Shown here: positions 14,004-26,170 of the stretch, one piece after another | Position numbering within the stretch: position 1 is the stretch's first letter | How the letters are laid out: every line of letters starts with the position of its first letter | Origin: Lingula anatina | Lineage: Eukaryota > Animalia > Brachiopoda | Reading direction: 5' to 3' | DNA: 64,000 bases | NCBI GenBank assembly: GCA_051362555.1 | Contig: CM120649.1 | Span: forward strand, 20,193,566-20,257,565 | Translations under genes and position numbers: made by a program | Notes under the pieces: generated by a model | What the model saw: the letters and a program-made list of their open reading frames with translations, nothing else | Told to the model about the DNA's origin: nothing | The model's database searches: none

Positions 14004-14101
14004 TGTTACAGGACACATCAAATTATCTTCCTGATGGAGTCCCACTCCTCTGTGTTATAGGACACAAAAAATTATCTTCCTGAAGGAGTCCCATTCCTCT
14101 G
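14004..14101 (-). repeat. 49-bp duplication spanning the GRTP1 stop codon
   Basis: AATTATCTTCCTGAWGGAGTCCCAYTCCTCTGT occurs twice; TAA copies at 14072-74 and 14023-25. Confidence 0.8.
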
Positions 14102-17100
14102 TTTTGTCTCAGCCTCCAGAAACTTCTCTCTCAATTCCTGGATTTTGGCTCTTGGGAATGATCCAGGAATTGTAAAGATGTCCTAGTAAAGACAACATAT
14201 TAAATCTAAATGCAACAATAACTATTGCAGTTAAAGGAATAAGAAAAGTCAAATCTAAATGAGATTTTAGGCATTTATTGCATACTTTATCCCAATATCC
14301 ACATGTGCATGTGAAGGCTATTTGCACAAACACACACATGTACATGCACACACAAACACTTGCACAAACAAATGCACACATACGTCGTACACATGTGCAC
14401 AAATACACACGTCGCACACACTCACACACACACACACACACCTGCATCAGCTGATGACACTCCAAGTTCCTTATGTCTGTGGTTGTTGCCTTGAAGTCCT
14501 TGGTGATTCCATCAAATCCCTTGGAGTGGAGAATCTGCTCCTTGTTCCTGAGGACCAGGGTGATGCCCACTCTGTGAAGAACCTTGACTCCCTCATAAAA
14601 CAAGCAGTCCCAGATCCTGAGAACTGTCTGTGTGCAATGAAATATAAAGTAACAGTTGCTGTAGGTCAGTAACTGTACTGGCAATGAAGACAGAAGCACC
14701 CTAAGCTGGAGCAGCCAGTAAATATAAACAAGTTGACTATTTGTATTGATTGTTAATGACAAGATATAAAGAGAAAACAATAGTATTTAGATATTATAAA
14801 ACAAAGCAACAAATGTAGGAGTATTCTTATGACCATATGACAGCATATATAACAGTAAAATTAGGCTCAAGACAACATGAACTATGGCACACATTCACCA
14901 AGAGTCTTAACTCAGTATCATTTGTAGACAAGGTAGGGTCAGGTTTACCTCTATAGGTAGAACATCAATAAACAGGCAGATAAACCATCTGGTGAAGACG
15001 ACCGCCCATGGTACACCCTCTCTCTCCACATTATCATAGATCCCTGCTTCCTTCTGCCTGCAACATAACACCTTGTATTATATGATAATATGACTTAAAC
15101 TACACCCTCTCTCACTACATAATCATATATCCCTGCCTCCTTCTGCCTGCAACATAACACCTTGTATTATATGATCATATGACTTAAACTAAGAAAATAC
15201 AATGCAGTCTTTATCTGGGAGCTTTATTAGATATTGGGACTGTCACAGTACTTCACGTCACTATGGAGTATGCTCAGATGTTATTAACAGTACTCTCCCA
15301 ACAATAGGTCTGTACCAAGACTACCCAATTATAAGACTGCCGATTTTTAAGACTGCCCAATAGTAGGACTGCCTAATTACAGGACTGTCCTAAGACTGCC
15401 CAATTTTTGGGACTGCCCAATAAAACTTCTGAACAAGGACTGTTCAATAATAGGACTGCCCAATAATAGTACTGCCCTACAACTGCCCAATGGCATAGTT
15501 TTCATCTTACCTTATAAGCTCTGCTAACACTGCAATTTCTGCCTTCAGGCCTGCCATACCTGGGCTGTAGAGATCTGGAAAATATATTAATATATAATAG
15601 CATTATATATATTACCTGACAATATCTGTGTCATCAAGGTGTGTAATATTACCTGGCAATATCTGTGTAATCAAGGTGTCTAATATTACCTGGCAATATC
15701 TGTGTAATCAAGGTGTCTAATATTACCTGACAATATCTGTGTAATCAAGGTGTCTAATATTACCTGGCAATATCTGTGTGATCAAGGTGTCTAATAACCA
15801 AAACGTTTTCTGTTCATCTCGCAAGATTAGCAGCATCACCCCTACGATGAAGTTAAATCCCTGAAAACAAACAGTTATCATTATTACTAATTCAGAATCA
15901 ACTGATGTGTTTATCAACAGAAAATCGTATTCTAAACACAATCCATAGGGAGGAAAATTAAAAGAGAGAAAAACTCAGATGTAGGTTACTAATTAACAAC
16001 TGGAATAATAAATATGTACTCATTTGTGTGTCATATTCCATATTTGAACATTTCAATATTTGAAAACATACACTGCTAATATATATACTGAAATATAGTA
16101 TAAATAAATATGGCAAATCCTGAATGCATATCATAAGACTAAGATAAGTAATAAACATCCCCTCCCTCACCTCTAAGAAACAAACAAACCACAATTAAAC
16201 CATAACTGACTACCTGACAATAGCCAATCTTGGGATTCTTCAGAGCAAATGCTGTGAGGACATTGCACAGTGGCTGGCGTAGACCTGTCGGGTCCAAGGT
16301 ATCACAGAAATAGATATTTTCAGGGAATGTTCTATGGAGATCTGCAATGTTTATATAACATGCTTGGAAAAAAGGCATACTTAGTATTCTGTTGTTATTA
16401 TTTGTATTAAGTAATATTTGGCAGGTTTTGCAATATGAAAAAAATTGATAACACCAGTAAAAGTTAGTCAACTAAAACTAAAGACAAGCAATATACATTT
16501 AAACAAGACCAACAAAATACTACATTAAGCAGAAAGGCCCTCAGAGAGCAGAGATCTCTGCCAAGGTAGCCCAATTGTCATTCTTTATTTACAAATCATA
16601 TCACAGATATACTACACAGTCAAGGCATTTAACTCAGAGAGCAGAGATCTCTGCCAAGGCAGCCCAATTGTCATTCTTTATTTACAAATCATATCACAGA
16701 TATACTACACAGTCAAGGCATTTAACTCAGAGAGCAGAGATCTCTGCCAAGGCAGCCCAATTGTCATTCTTTATTTACAAATCATATCACAGATATACTA
16801 CACAGTCAAGGCATTTAACTCAGAGAGCAGAGATCTCTGCCAAGACAGCCCAATTGTCATTCTTTATTTACAAATCATATCACAGATATACTACACAGTC
16901 AAGGCATTTAACTCAGAGAGCAGAGATCTCTGCCAAGGTAGCCCAATTGTCATTCTTTATTTACAAATCATATCACAGATATACTACACAGTCAAGGCAT
17001 TTAACTCAGAGAGCAGAGATCTCTGCCAAGGTAGCCCAATTGTTATTATTTATTTACAAATCATATCACAGATATACTACACAGTCAAGGCATTTAACTC

Positions 17101-18677
17101 AGAGAGCAGAGATCTCTGCCAAGACAGCCCAATTGTCATTCTTTATTTACAAATCATATCACAGATATACTATACAGTCAAGGCATTTAATTGATGCATC
17201 AGCAGGATACCATGGCAACAGCAGGTGGCAGTGTGGGTGAAATACAGGCCACTCTGTAACATATTGAAAAGCTAGTTTTCCTATCCAAGTGTTCTGAAGT
17301 AGTTATTTGGGACAGATTAATTTCATAAATGCTGCGTCAGTCATAGGTATACTGTAACTGCAGACTTCTAAATATATCAAATATTCATTTGAAGCAAGAA
17401 GGGCAAAGCTGCTGACACATACAAGACAGGCTAAAGGTCAATGTTGCTAGAGTTCTTACCTTGGTCAATGGACTCCTTAACTTCTGACTGTGGTTGTTGA
17501 GTGAGGAGGTGTTGGTAGAGTTCTTACCTTGGTCAATGGACTCCTTAACTTCTGGCTGTGGTTGTTGAGTGAGGAGGTGTTGGTAGAGTTCTTACCTTGG
17601 TCAATGGACTCCTTGACTTCTGGCTGTGGCTGTTGAGTCAGGAGGTGTTGGTAGAGCTGTGGTTGGGAGTCCATCCTCATCTGGGCTCCACTGAGGGTCA
17701 TCCAGGCAAGTGGCCTGAACTCTTTGGGAATGCCTTTACGTACATATCTCTTAACTACAAAGTAGAAAAAGCAAGTTACATGTATAGTAAAAAAAGACTC
17801 CAGTTACACATATAATCTACTAATATATCAAACAAAATGGAATATTAAATACAAAAGACAACCTATGATAATAAAAGAAATGCGCGGCCTTGTTCAAATG
17901 AATAATAGGTGGTATGAACATACAAGTAGTAGCATATGCTTTGGGCAGTACTTTGAAAAAGCAAAATGAATTTCAAAAGGGTGACATTAATATAAATAAT
18001 TAATATATCTCCTGTTTTTTTTTCTAAATAACACTAAATCGACTCAATAGATTTATCACAGAAATTCCAGGGGATTCTTAAGAATCGCATTACCAGTTCT
18101 GTTCTTCTTCACTTTTTCCTTGTGTCCTAGTAAACTTTTCCATTTCCTGCTCCTCCTGGCGAGTACTTGGATATAGCTGGACTCATAAGCATCGTATGCA
18201 GAGAAATCAAAGTCCTCCGGCCACTCAAAGCCGTACTGGTCTGTCCGCGACCTAGAGGAAAATAGCTACTGCTTCAGCAAAATACATGTACTAGTAAATG
18301 TTTGTCATTAAAATAAAATGGTTGGTTTCTTATATAACGTTAAATTTTCAAACCACTCGCTTTTGTGAATTTCAATGGAATCAATCTGGTATGAATAACC
18401 TCTTGAAAATGTCTTAACAATTAAAACATTTGAAGAAAGTTGTCCTGTGAGGCTGTGTCAATTATCATGTGCTGAAATCGTCCTCTTGCTGTAGCTGCGC
18501 CGTTGATAGAAAAGTTTTTGCTAAATCAAAGGTCAAATAAGGGCACCCTACACACTATATGTATCTCAGTTGATATATCTGGTACATACATACAAAATTA
18601 ATTTCATCAAAAAATTCTATAAATGATCTGAAACCGGTAAATCCTACATTGAAATCACTTCCTTACCGTTCTGCCAT
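14072..18677 (-). CDS. GRTP1: Growth hormone-regulated TBC protein 1-like Rab GAP, 9 coding exons, about 340 aa
   Basis: Exons on the minus strand: 18667-18677, 18094-18251, 17596-17754, 16214-16341, 15764-15860, 15511-15574, 14949-15057, 14442-14627, 14072-14182. Total 1023 nt in one frame with GT-AG introns. Product: MAERSRTDQYGFEWPEDFD...VKRYVRKGIP...DLHRTFPEN (TBC Arg finger)...GYCQGFNF (Gln finger)...[26 protein letters not shown]. This matches GRTP1 as I recall it. Confidence 0.92.
14328..14441. repeat. Imperfect (CA)n microsatellite abutting a GRTP1 donor site
   Basis: CA-rich tract next to CAG|GTGTGT on the minus strand. Confidence 0.85.
15012..15190 (-). repeat. 89-bp duplication spanning the acceptor of GRTP1 exon 7
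   Basis: CCTTCTGCCTGCAACATAACACCTTGTATTATATGAT occurs twice; acceptors at 15058-59 and 15147-48. Confidence 0.88.
15608..15795 (-). repeat. 37-bp tandem array x5 spanning the donor of GRTP1 exon 5
   Basis: Unit TATTACCTGRCAATATCTGTGTAATCAAGGTGTCTAA; donors at 15763, 15726, 15689, 15652 and 15615. Confidence 0.92.
16540..17190. repeat. 93-bp minisatellite x7 in a GRTP1 intron
   Basis: TCAGAGAGCAGAGATCTCTGCCAAG... recurs with period 93. Confidence 0.95.
17442..17657 (-). repeat. 68-bp tandem array x3 spanning the donor of GRTP1 exon 3
   Basis: GAGTTCTTACCTTGGTCAATGGACTCCTT...; GTAAG donors at 17595, 17527 and 17459. Confidence 0.92.
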
Positions 18678-18679
18678 CC

Positions 18680-19006
18680 CAAAACATTTGGTTGTGTCAA
18701 AAATAAAGAATGTCAAAAGACTTTTACTTATACTTTCACCCCATAGTAATGACTCTCACAAAGTATAAACGAATGGTTCGGAGTTTTGAAAATTTTAATA
18801 CAGCCCTTTGGATTTATTCTGTATTTTTCTTTAACAAAAATAATAACCTGCAAGGATAAATTTCAAAATCAAATTCGCATGAAGCACTTTCTCTAGTAAA
18901 AGGAGATTACAAAGTGATACTTCCGCTCGACCCACCCAAGGAGAGCTAGATGTCCCCATTTCACAACCGAAATACACCATGAAAAATAACACCAAAAAGA
19001 TGTGAG
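18680..19006. promoter_or_regulatory. Putative bidirectional promoter for GRTP1 (-) and Rap2 (+), including the Rap2 non-coding first exon
   Basis: The GRTP1 ATG at 18677 points away from a + strand donor (GAG|GTAAGA at 19007). CpGs are locally retained within a CpG-depleted domain. ETS-like ACTTCCG near 18919. Confidence 0.55.
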
Positions 19007-20590
19007 GTAAGACCAGATCAAAGTTCATTTTATATTTAAACGTCTCTTGGTGTTCTTAGTCGCACATATAATTTATTTTTAGCAACAGATTGTGTGAATT
19101 TCTTTGTTTGAAAACCGTGAAGAGGCCCAGCCTGGTACAAATTAAGAGACAGATGGGAGAGATTGGAGGAATAAGTCGCTATCATTATGTAGTGTATGGG
19201 AGAGAGTGATAACCGCCTCTCGGTAGAGTAATAAAAAAACCGAGATGATTATGTCGCAGATAACCTTAAACAAGCCTTTGTAGTGTGATTTAGGTGTGAA
19301 TGTGGTGAAGATATTGCCAGGATATTTCTGTACTTGTATACATACAGGGAGCGTCTCTGTGTTAGAAATGGTGGGTTTAGTCATGCTTGATACCTGTGAT
19401 AATGTAAGATTTGTGTCAAGTTTCTTGGCTTTAAAATATGATTTATATTGAGCAATTCAATTATGAATATAAGCTTCATTGTCTGATTTAGTCCATGTAT
19501 ATATTGTTAATCAGCACATTTCAGTAGATAATGCATTAGTATTGTGGCAGCTATTATGTTGATTTAAATGTAATATTTTATCTGTCGTACAGGATGGTTA
19601 CTTTGAATAATGGTGTTATTTTAAGTGACTGGTCCACTCATTGTTTGTTGATGCATATTATGTCATCCTGCTTAATTAATCTTTGTTTATTCTAATAAAT
19701 AATAAGACGCGATTTAATAGTTAAAGTTAACATTCTGTTAAACTTAACTTATTTGGTTATAAACCAGATAACTTGTGGGTAACTTTTGCCATATGTAATG
19801 TTATCTGTATAATTTTTCAATTACATCTTCATCACAACAGAGAGTTTAGGATTCTAATTATTTTTACAAAAAAGTCTTTGCAAAATATTGTGAGGCTTTT
19901 AGTAAAATGTTCTAGAACCAGTAAAGATCATTATTCATGTTATCATTATAAAACATATCTTCCTCAGCTTAACATAGTGTGGAATTTCAATTTGTTTAGA
20001 ACTGCTTAATAGAACAGTTGAAAAGTGAAACATTGAAAGGATAATCCCTGAGTTGAACATTTTACAGAGACAATTTGGTAAAACTTTTAGCTTTGGGGAC
20101 AACTTGGAAATATCATTAGCATGTTGTACTTTGAAGATGACATACACAAACATGTCCTGTGACAAGTTACACCTGTCTGCACACCTGATACTGCTACATA
20201 CTTCTAGTACTTCACTGAAAACATTGTAAAGATTATAACATGGTTAATTGATGACAACATGAAATGGTTACAGGAGTCATTAGTTCACTCCACATAGCTT
20301 CAAACTTAGAGTTGATATATTGAGATCAACATTTGTCATTGCAGTATCAAATTTGTTGATAATTTTAAAGCTATTTAAAGTTTATTTAAAATTAGCTATT
20401 TAAAACAGACATAGACATAAGATTGTTCTATTTTCAGTAGTTGCATACATGTAGAAATACTTACAGATAGTTGATTGTCTCATATGATAAGCAAACTTTA
20501 AATTATCTTCTTCTTTTCCAGATCCTATTGACCACAGCCAGTGAAGTGTACATGATCATTTAACCAGAGAGAAAGGGAGCAGAAAAAACC

Positions 20591-21130
20591 ATGAGGGAGT
20601 TTAAAGTGGTGGTTCTGGGCAGTGGTGGGGTGGGGAAAAGTGCCCTCACTGTGAAGTTTGTCACAGGGAATTTTGTTGAGAAATATGACCCTACAATTGA
20701 AGATTTCTACAGAAAAGAAATTGAGGTGGATGGAGCCCCCTCAGTGCTGGAAATCCTGGACACAGCAGGCACAGAGCAGTTTGCTTCCATGAGGGACCTG
20801 TATATAAAAAATGGACAAGGATTTGCTATTGTCTATAGCATCACAAGTTTACAAACTTTCCAGGATATTAAAACAATGAAGGACCAGATCATGAGGGTGA
20901 AGGGCACAGATAAAGTCCCCATGTTACTTGTTGGCAATAAGAAGGACCTGGAACACCAGAGAGAGGTGGCCACTTCTGAAGGAATGGCACTGGCTCAACT
21001 CTGGGGGTGTCCTTACTGTGAATCCTCAGCCAAAAATACTCAGAATGTGAATGAAGTATTTGTTGAGATTGTAAGAGAGATGAATTCAAGCCCGGTGAAA
21101 GAGAAGCAGGATTGTTGTACTATATTATAG
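20591..21130 (+). CDS. RAP2: Ras-related small GTPase Rap2, 179 aa, uninterrupted CDS
   Basis: [21 protein letters not shown]-loop, Rap2-type effector loop [33 protein letters not shown] and a CAAX end (CCTIL). Splice acceptor TTTTCCAG at 20521 just upstream. Confidence 0.97.
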   Translation: MREFKVVVLGSGGVGKSALTVKFVTGNFVEKYDPTIEDFYRKEIEVDGAPSVLEILDTAGTEQFASMRDLYIKNGQGFAIVYSITSLQTFQDIKTMKDQIMRVKGTDKVPMLLVGNKKDLEHQREVATSEGMALAQLWGCPYCESSAKNTQNVNEVFVEIVREMNSSPVKEKQDCCTIL

Positions 21131-21771
21131 CAGTTGGACAAGGTAATTATAAGATGTGGATCATGTTGTTCTACCTGGCATACATTATTTGGGCACATTC
21201 CAGATGAAACTGTAGTCTGTTTAGACAGATACAACTCTGCAGGGACACTCGCTGAATGTAGTCAGATTTACTGAATGAGGCCTAGCAGCTAGGGGATGGA
21301 AATTTTTGCATGCATTAGGTCACTTTCAAAACAAAGTGAAAAAGATTCCAAAAGTCGAGCCTACCCAGAAATTAATCACTTCCTAGTTTGAGGAGGTGTA
21401 TCATTCACTTTTAAGATCTGATTGCATTCAGGGAATCCCTGTTGAGTTGGTTAGATCTACGTTGGTTTGATCTACGTAGTTACATTGGGAACACACCCTT
21501 TAATGTCTCTGGTACTGGACTAAGATGACTGGACTGTAGTTTTCATTTACTACAAAGTCCCATCATTATTGTATTGAATTATATCTACCATGTGTCCTTA
21601 TTTATGAAAATGTCTTATTTCTGTTGTAAATAAATGGCATTAGTGTGTAAAAAGGCATTTTGAATTGAGGTAGTCGGAATGTATTATGGAGATTGCATGT
21701 AGTGTCCAATTTCTATCGAAGAAATTTTAAGGTGATGATGGAAATGTTCAACAGCCTCCTAAATGGCCATG

Positions 21772-22097
21772 TATACAGTTAGGTGCTTACCCCAACTTAT
21801 ACAGTTATAACTTATACAGTTAGGTAGGTGTGCTTACCCCAACTAATACAGTTAGGTAGGTGTGCTCACCCCAACTTATACAGTTATAACTTATACAGTT
21901 AGGTAGGTGTGCTTACCCCAACTTATACAGTTAGGTAGGTGTGCTCACCCCAACTTATACAGTTAGGTAGGTGTGCTTACCCCAACTTATACAGTTAAGT
22001 AAATGTGCTTACCCCAACTTATACAGTTAGGTAGGTGTGCTTACCCCAACTTATACAGTTAGGTAGGTGTGCTCACCCCAACTTATACAGTTAAGTT
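21772..22097. repeat. 32-bp minisatellite, about 9 copies
   Basis: Unit ACTTATACAGTTAGGTAGGTGTGCTYACCCCA. Confidence 0.9.
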
Positions 22098-23187
22098 AAG
22101 ATGATTACTGGTGACTTATATTAATTGCAGCTTATTTGATAAAATTGGCTTTATGCCCATTAGCAGTTTAACCGGACACACTTTTTTAAAAAAAATTGAG
22201 TCATAACTTCTCATATATATTCCACATACTGTAATCCGCCAATCCCTTATTTCCCTTCTGCTTGAGTGAGAGTGAGTTGACCTTGAAAGTGCAATCACCT
22301 TAGGTGGCTTGACACAAATCATAACTCTAGTTTGAAGCAGTTAAATGGACCTGCCATGAATTGGGATGAGACCAAGATGGTTGTCTGCACATCATTTTTA
22401 TGGCGTGTTATTTGTGGTTTAATGGTATGTCACCTGTATGTGGGCCATCTTTATAGTGGAGGATTTTTTTATATTTATTTCAGGTCCTCTTTTGTAACTT
22501 CTGTGCTTAAATTTAACTGAGCACACTGACAGAAAAGAAGTAGCTCAAGATGAAGTATTCAGTTTGTCAGAATAATAACAAAATTTTACTAGACTAGTAG
22601 ATTTTGAATACAACTCCCATTCAGAACTTCACATTGTATATGACAACTTTGCAAAAAAGGCAAATCTTCCTAATTAGGAAATTTTTTTGCTATTGATTTT
22701 ATAAAAAAAAAACAAAGTTTTGACATTGATTTTACTGTACAATAACATGGAAGAAAATGGATAGGATAAAAAGAAGTTTCTCTGGCAGACTTGCAGAACA
22801 AGAGGTTACTAGTACACTGTCAACAAACTGGTCAGCTTTTATGCTGTGAAAAGAGAAATAAATGCTGGATAAAAAATCCAGTAATAGATTTCAAAGATAT
22901 GAAGATAAGAGAACTATTGGTTTTATCTCAGTTTGACAAAATGGGACCCCTCCTGTGATACCTGCAATATCTGGTCCAGATATGATAAGTTAGCAGTTGA
23001 AATATCATATGGCCATGATAATTGGTTTCTGATTGAACTGGTTATCAGTGGATTAAGCTGAACTAAACTCAGATTCTCTCTCTCTCTCCAGCATCTCTAA
23101 GTACCTAATAAAACTGGTCATATAAATTCAGCCCAACTCCACTCAAGCACCCCATCTCACTCTCTTTCCAGGGTAATCACAGGAAAG

Positions 23188-23419
23188 TAGACACATGTCC
23201 CAGTGATTTCAGTTTAAATGACAATGAAACACTCAACAAATAGACATGTCCCAGTGATTTCAGTTTAAATGACAATGAAACACTCAACAAATAGACATGT
23301 CCCAGTGATTTCAGTTTAAATGACAATGAAACACTCAACAAATAGACATGTCCCAGTGATTTCAGTTTAAATGACAATGAAACACTCAAGAAATAGACAT
23401 GTCCCAGTGATTTCAGTTT
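23188..23419. repeat. 51-bp minisatellite x4.5
   Basis: Unit TAGACATGTCCCAGTGATTTCAGTTTAAATGACAATGAAACACTCAACAAA. Confidence 0.92.
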
Positions 23420-24083
23420 GCTGGGATTGCTGTTGCCCTACAGGCATGGATAAGTGTTGCCCCTCTTTTTTAGGCATGCTGCACCACTGAAATAAAAACA
23501 AATGTCCTATAAAATTTAGTTTGGAGCTCAAATCTATACCAATAAAAATGAACGTTTCTCTTTTTCGTTTATCTCTTACTCCACATGGTCCTTAAAGAAG
23601 CCCTCTTGTTTTTTACTGGCAGGGTACAAATATGAAGGTGTTCTATATCATCCCTGTGTACTTATGTGTGACTGGTCAGGACCTGTTTTCACAGTGTATA
23701 CTTACAGTAACTGTTGCTAGTGTTTTTAGAATGATACTGATGTCATTGGTTAATCTAACTTGTTCTTTTTTGTTTGTTTTGTTTTTACATCAAGTCATGA
23801 CAGAATGTCAGATATATTTGAGCAACTTTTTAAAAGTAAAAATAACTGTGAATATTGCCCCCCCCCCCCACCCCCCACCCCCCACCCACTTTTTTTCGGA
23901 ACCCAGTTGCAACACTTAATTTCCCAGTTATATCATTTTAAACTACAGGTTTAAATGGCAGGGTCATCACAGTGGAGTAACAATACATACCAGTGTCATT
24001 ATCTGCCACTTAATGGGTTTTATATGTATCCATCTCTGTTCATAAGGATGACATTGAAGTGCTCAGTGTTTGGAGATATTTAT

Positions 24084-25837
24084 CTATGTCATCACTGCAG
24101 AAGTAATGGGTTAGTTAGGCTTTACACAGTTCTCTTGCCTTCTCTGCCTATGTCATCACTACAGAGGTAATGGGTTAAGCTGTACACAGTTCTCTTGCCT
24201 TCTCTGCCTATGTCATCACTACAGAAGTAATGGGTTAGTTAGGTTGTACACAGTTCTCTTGCCTTCTCTGCCTATGTCATCACTACAGAAGTAATGGGTT
24301 AGGTTGTACACAGTTCTCTTTCCTTCTCTGCCTATGTCATCACTACAGAAGTAATGGGTTAGGTTGTACACAGTTCTCTTGCCTTCTCTGCCTATGTCAT
24401 CACTACAGAAGTAATGGGTTAGGCTGTACACAGTTCTCTTGCCTTCTCTGCCTATGTCATCACTACAGAAGTAATGGATTAGGTTGTACACAGTTCTCTT
24501 GCCTTCTCTGCCTATGTCATCACTACAGAAGTAATGGGTTAGGTTGTACACAGTTCTCTTGCCTTCTCTGCCTATGTCATCACTACAGAAGTAATGGGTT
24601 AGGCTGTACACAGTTCTCTTGCCTTCTCTGCCTATGTCATCACTACAGAAGTAATGGGTTAGGCTGTACACAGTTCTCTTGCCTTCTCTGCCTATGTCAT
24701 CACTACAGAAGTAATGGGTTAGGTTGTACACAGTTCTCTTGCTTTCTCTGCCTATGTCATCACTACAGAAGTAATGGGTTAGGCTGTACACAGTTCTCTT
24801 GCCTTCTCTGCCTATGTCATCACTACAGAAGTAATGGGTTAGGCTGTACACAGTTCTCTTGCCTTCTCTGCCTATGTCATCACTACAGAAGTAATGGATT
24901 AGGTTGTACACAGTTCTCTTGCCTTCTCTGCCTATGTCATCACTACAGAAGTAATGGATTAGGTTGTACACAGTTCTCTTGCCTTCTCTGCCTATGTCAT
25001 CACTACAGAAGTAATGGATTAGGTTGTACACAGTTCTCTTGCCTTCTCTGCCTATGTCATCACTACAGAAGTAATGGGTTAGGTTGTACACAGTTCTCTT
25101 GCCTTCTCTGCCTATGTCATCACTACAGAAGTAATGGGTTAGGTTGTACACAGTTCTCTTGCCTTCTCTGCCTATGTCATCACTACAGAAGTAATGGGTT
25201 AGGTTGTACACAGTTCTCTTGCCTTCTCTGCCTATGTCATCACTACAGAAGTAATGGGTTAGGTTGTACACAGTTCTCTTGCCTTCTCTGCCTATGTCAT
25301 CACTACAGAAGTAATGGGTTAGGCTGTACACAGTTCTCTTGCCTTCTCTGCCTATGTCATCACTACAGAGGTAATGGGTTAGGCTGTGCACAGTTCTCTT
25401 GCCTTCTCTGCCTATGTCATCACTACAGAAGTAATGGGTTAGGCTGTACACAGTTCTCTTGCCTTCTCTGCCTATGTCATCACTACAGAAGTAATGGGTT
25501 AGGCTGTACACAGTTCTCTTGCCTTCTCTGCCTATGTCATCACTACAGAAGTAATGGGTTAAGCTGTACACAGTTCTCTTGCCTTCTCTGCCTATGTCAT
25601 CACTACAGAAGTAATGGGTTAGGTTGTACACAGTTCTCTTGCCTTCTCTGCCTATGTCATCACTACAGAAGTAATGGGTTAGGTTGTACACAGTTCTCTT
25701 GCCTTCTCTGCCTATGTCATCGCTACAGAAGTAATGGGTTAGGTTGTACACAGTTCTCTTGCCTTCTCTGCCTATGTCATCACTACAGAAGTAATGGGTT
25801 AGGTTGTACACAGTTCTCTTGCCTTCTCTGCCTATGT
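24084..25837. repeat. 60-bp minisatellite, about 29 copies
   Basis: Unit AGGYTGTACACAGTTCTCTTGCCTTCTCTGCCTATGTCATCACTACAGAAGTAATGGGTT, nearly identical between copies. Confidence 0.97.
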
Positions 25838-26170
25838 GGTGATGTCCATTTCATGTTCAAAACCTTGCTGAAAACTCCTACACCCAGTATTCAAGGGCTC
25901 ATTGGATCCCAAAATGAATATACAGTACATACCTAGAATTTGTGTATAGAGGGTGATAATAGACTTGTTATATGTAGAATATACATATATTTATGGAATG
26001 TGATTACTAGTATAGACTAACACAAGGTCATCACATCATTAGTACTAGTATCTGTGCCACATCTAGACACCAGTGCAGATTTCCACTATGCCTGAGTAAG
26101 TACTGTGGATGGATCAGATGTTTGCAGGGCCCATAGACACGAACCTCTCAACAGAAGGTCTAGAAATTCA

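Noticed and set aside
14109-14780. 223-aa ORF as a standalone gene
   Set aside because: Only 14442-14627 is exon; the rest is intron and (TG)n read-through.
16575-17240. 221-aa repetitive ORF
   Set aside because: 93-bp intronic repeat, antisense to GRTP1.
20591-21130. Rap2 as a processed retrocopy
   Set aside because: It has an upstream acceptor and leader exon, an intact ORF, and no poly(A) tail or TSD.
24219-25811. 530-aa ORF (DDIGREGKRTVYNLTHYFCS)n
   Set aside because: Stop-free frame of a 60-bp minisatellite; no unique coding flank, splice support or domain.
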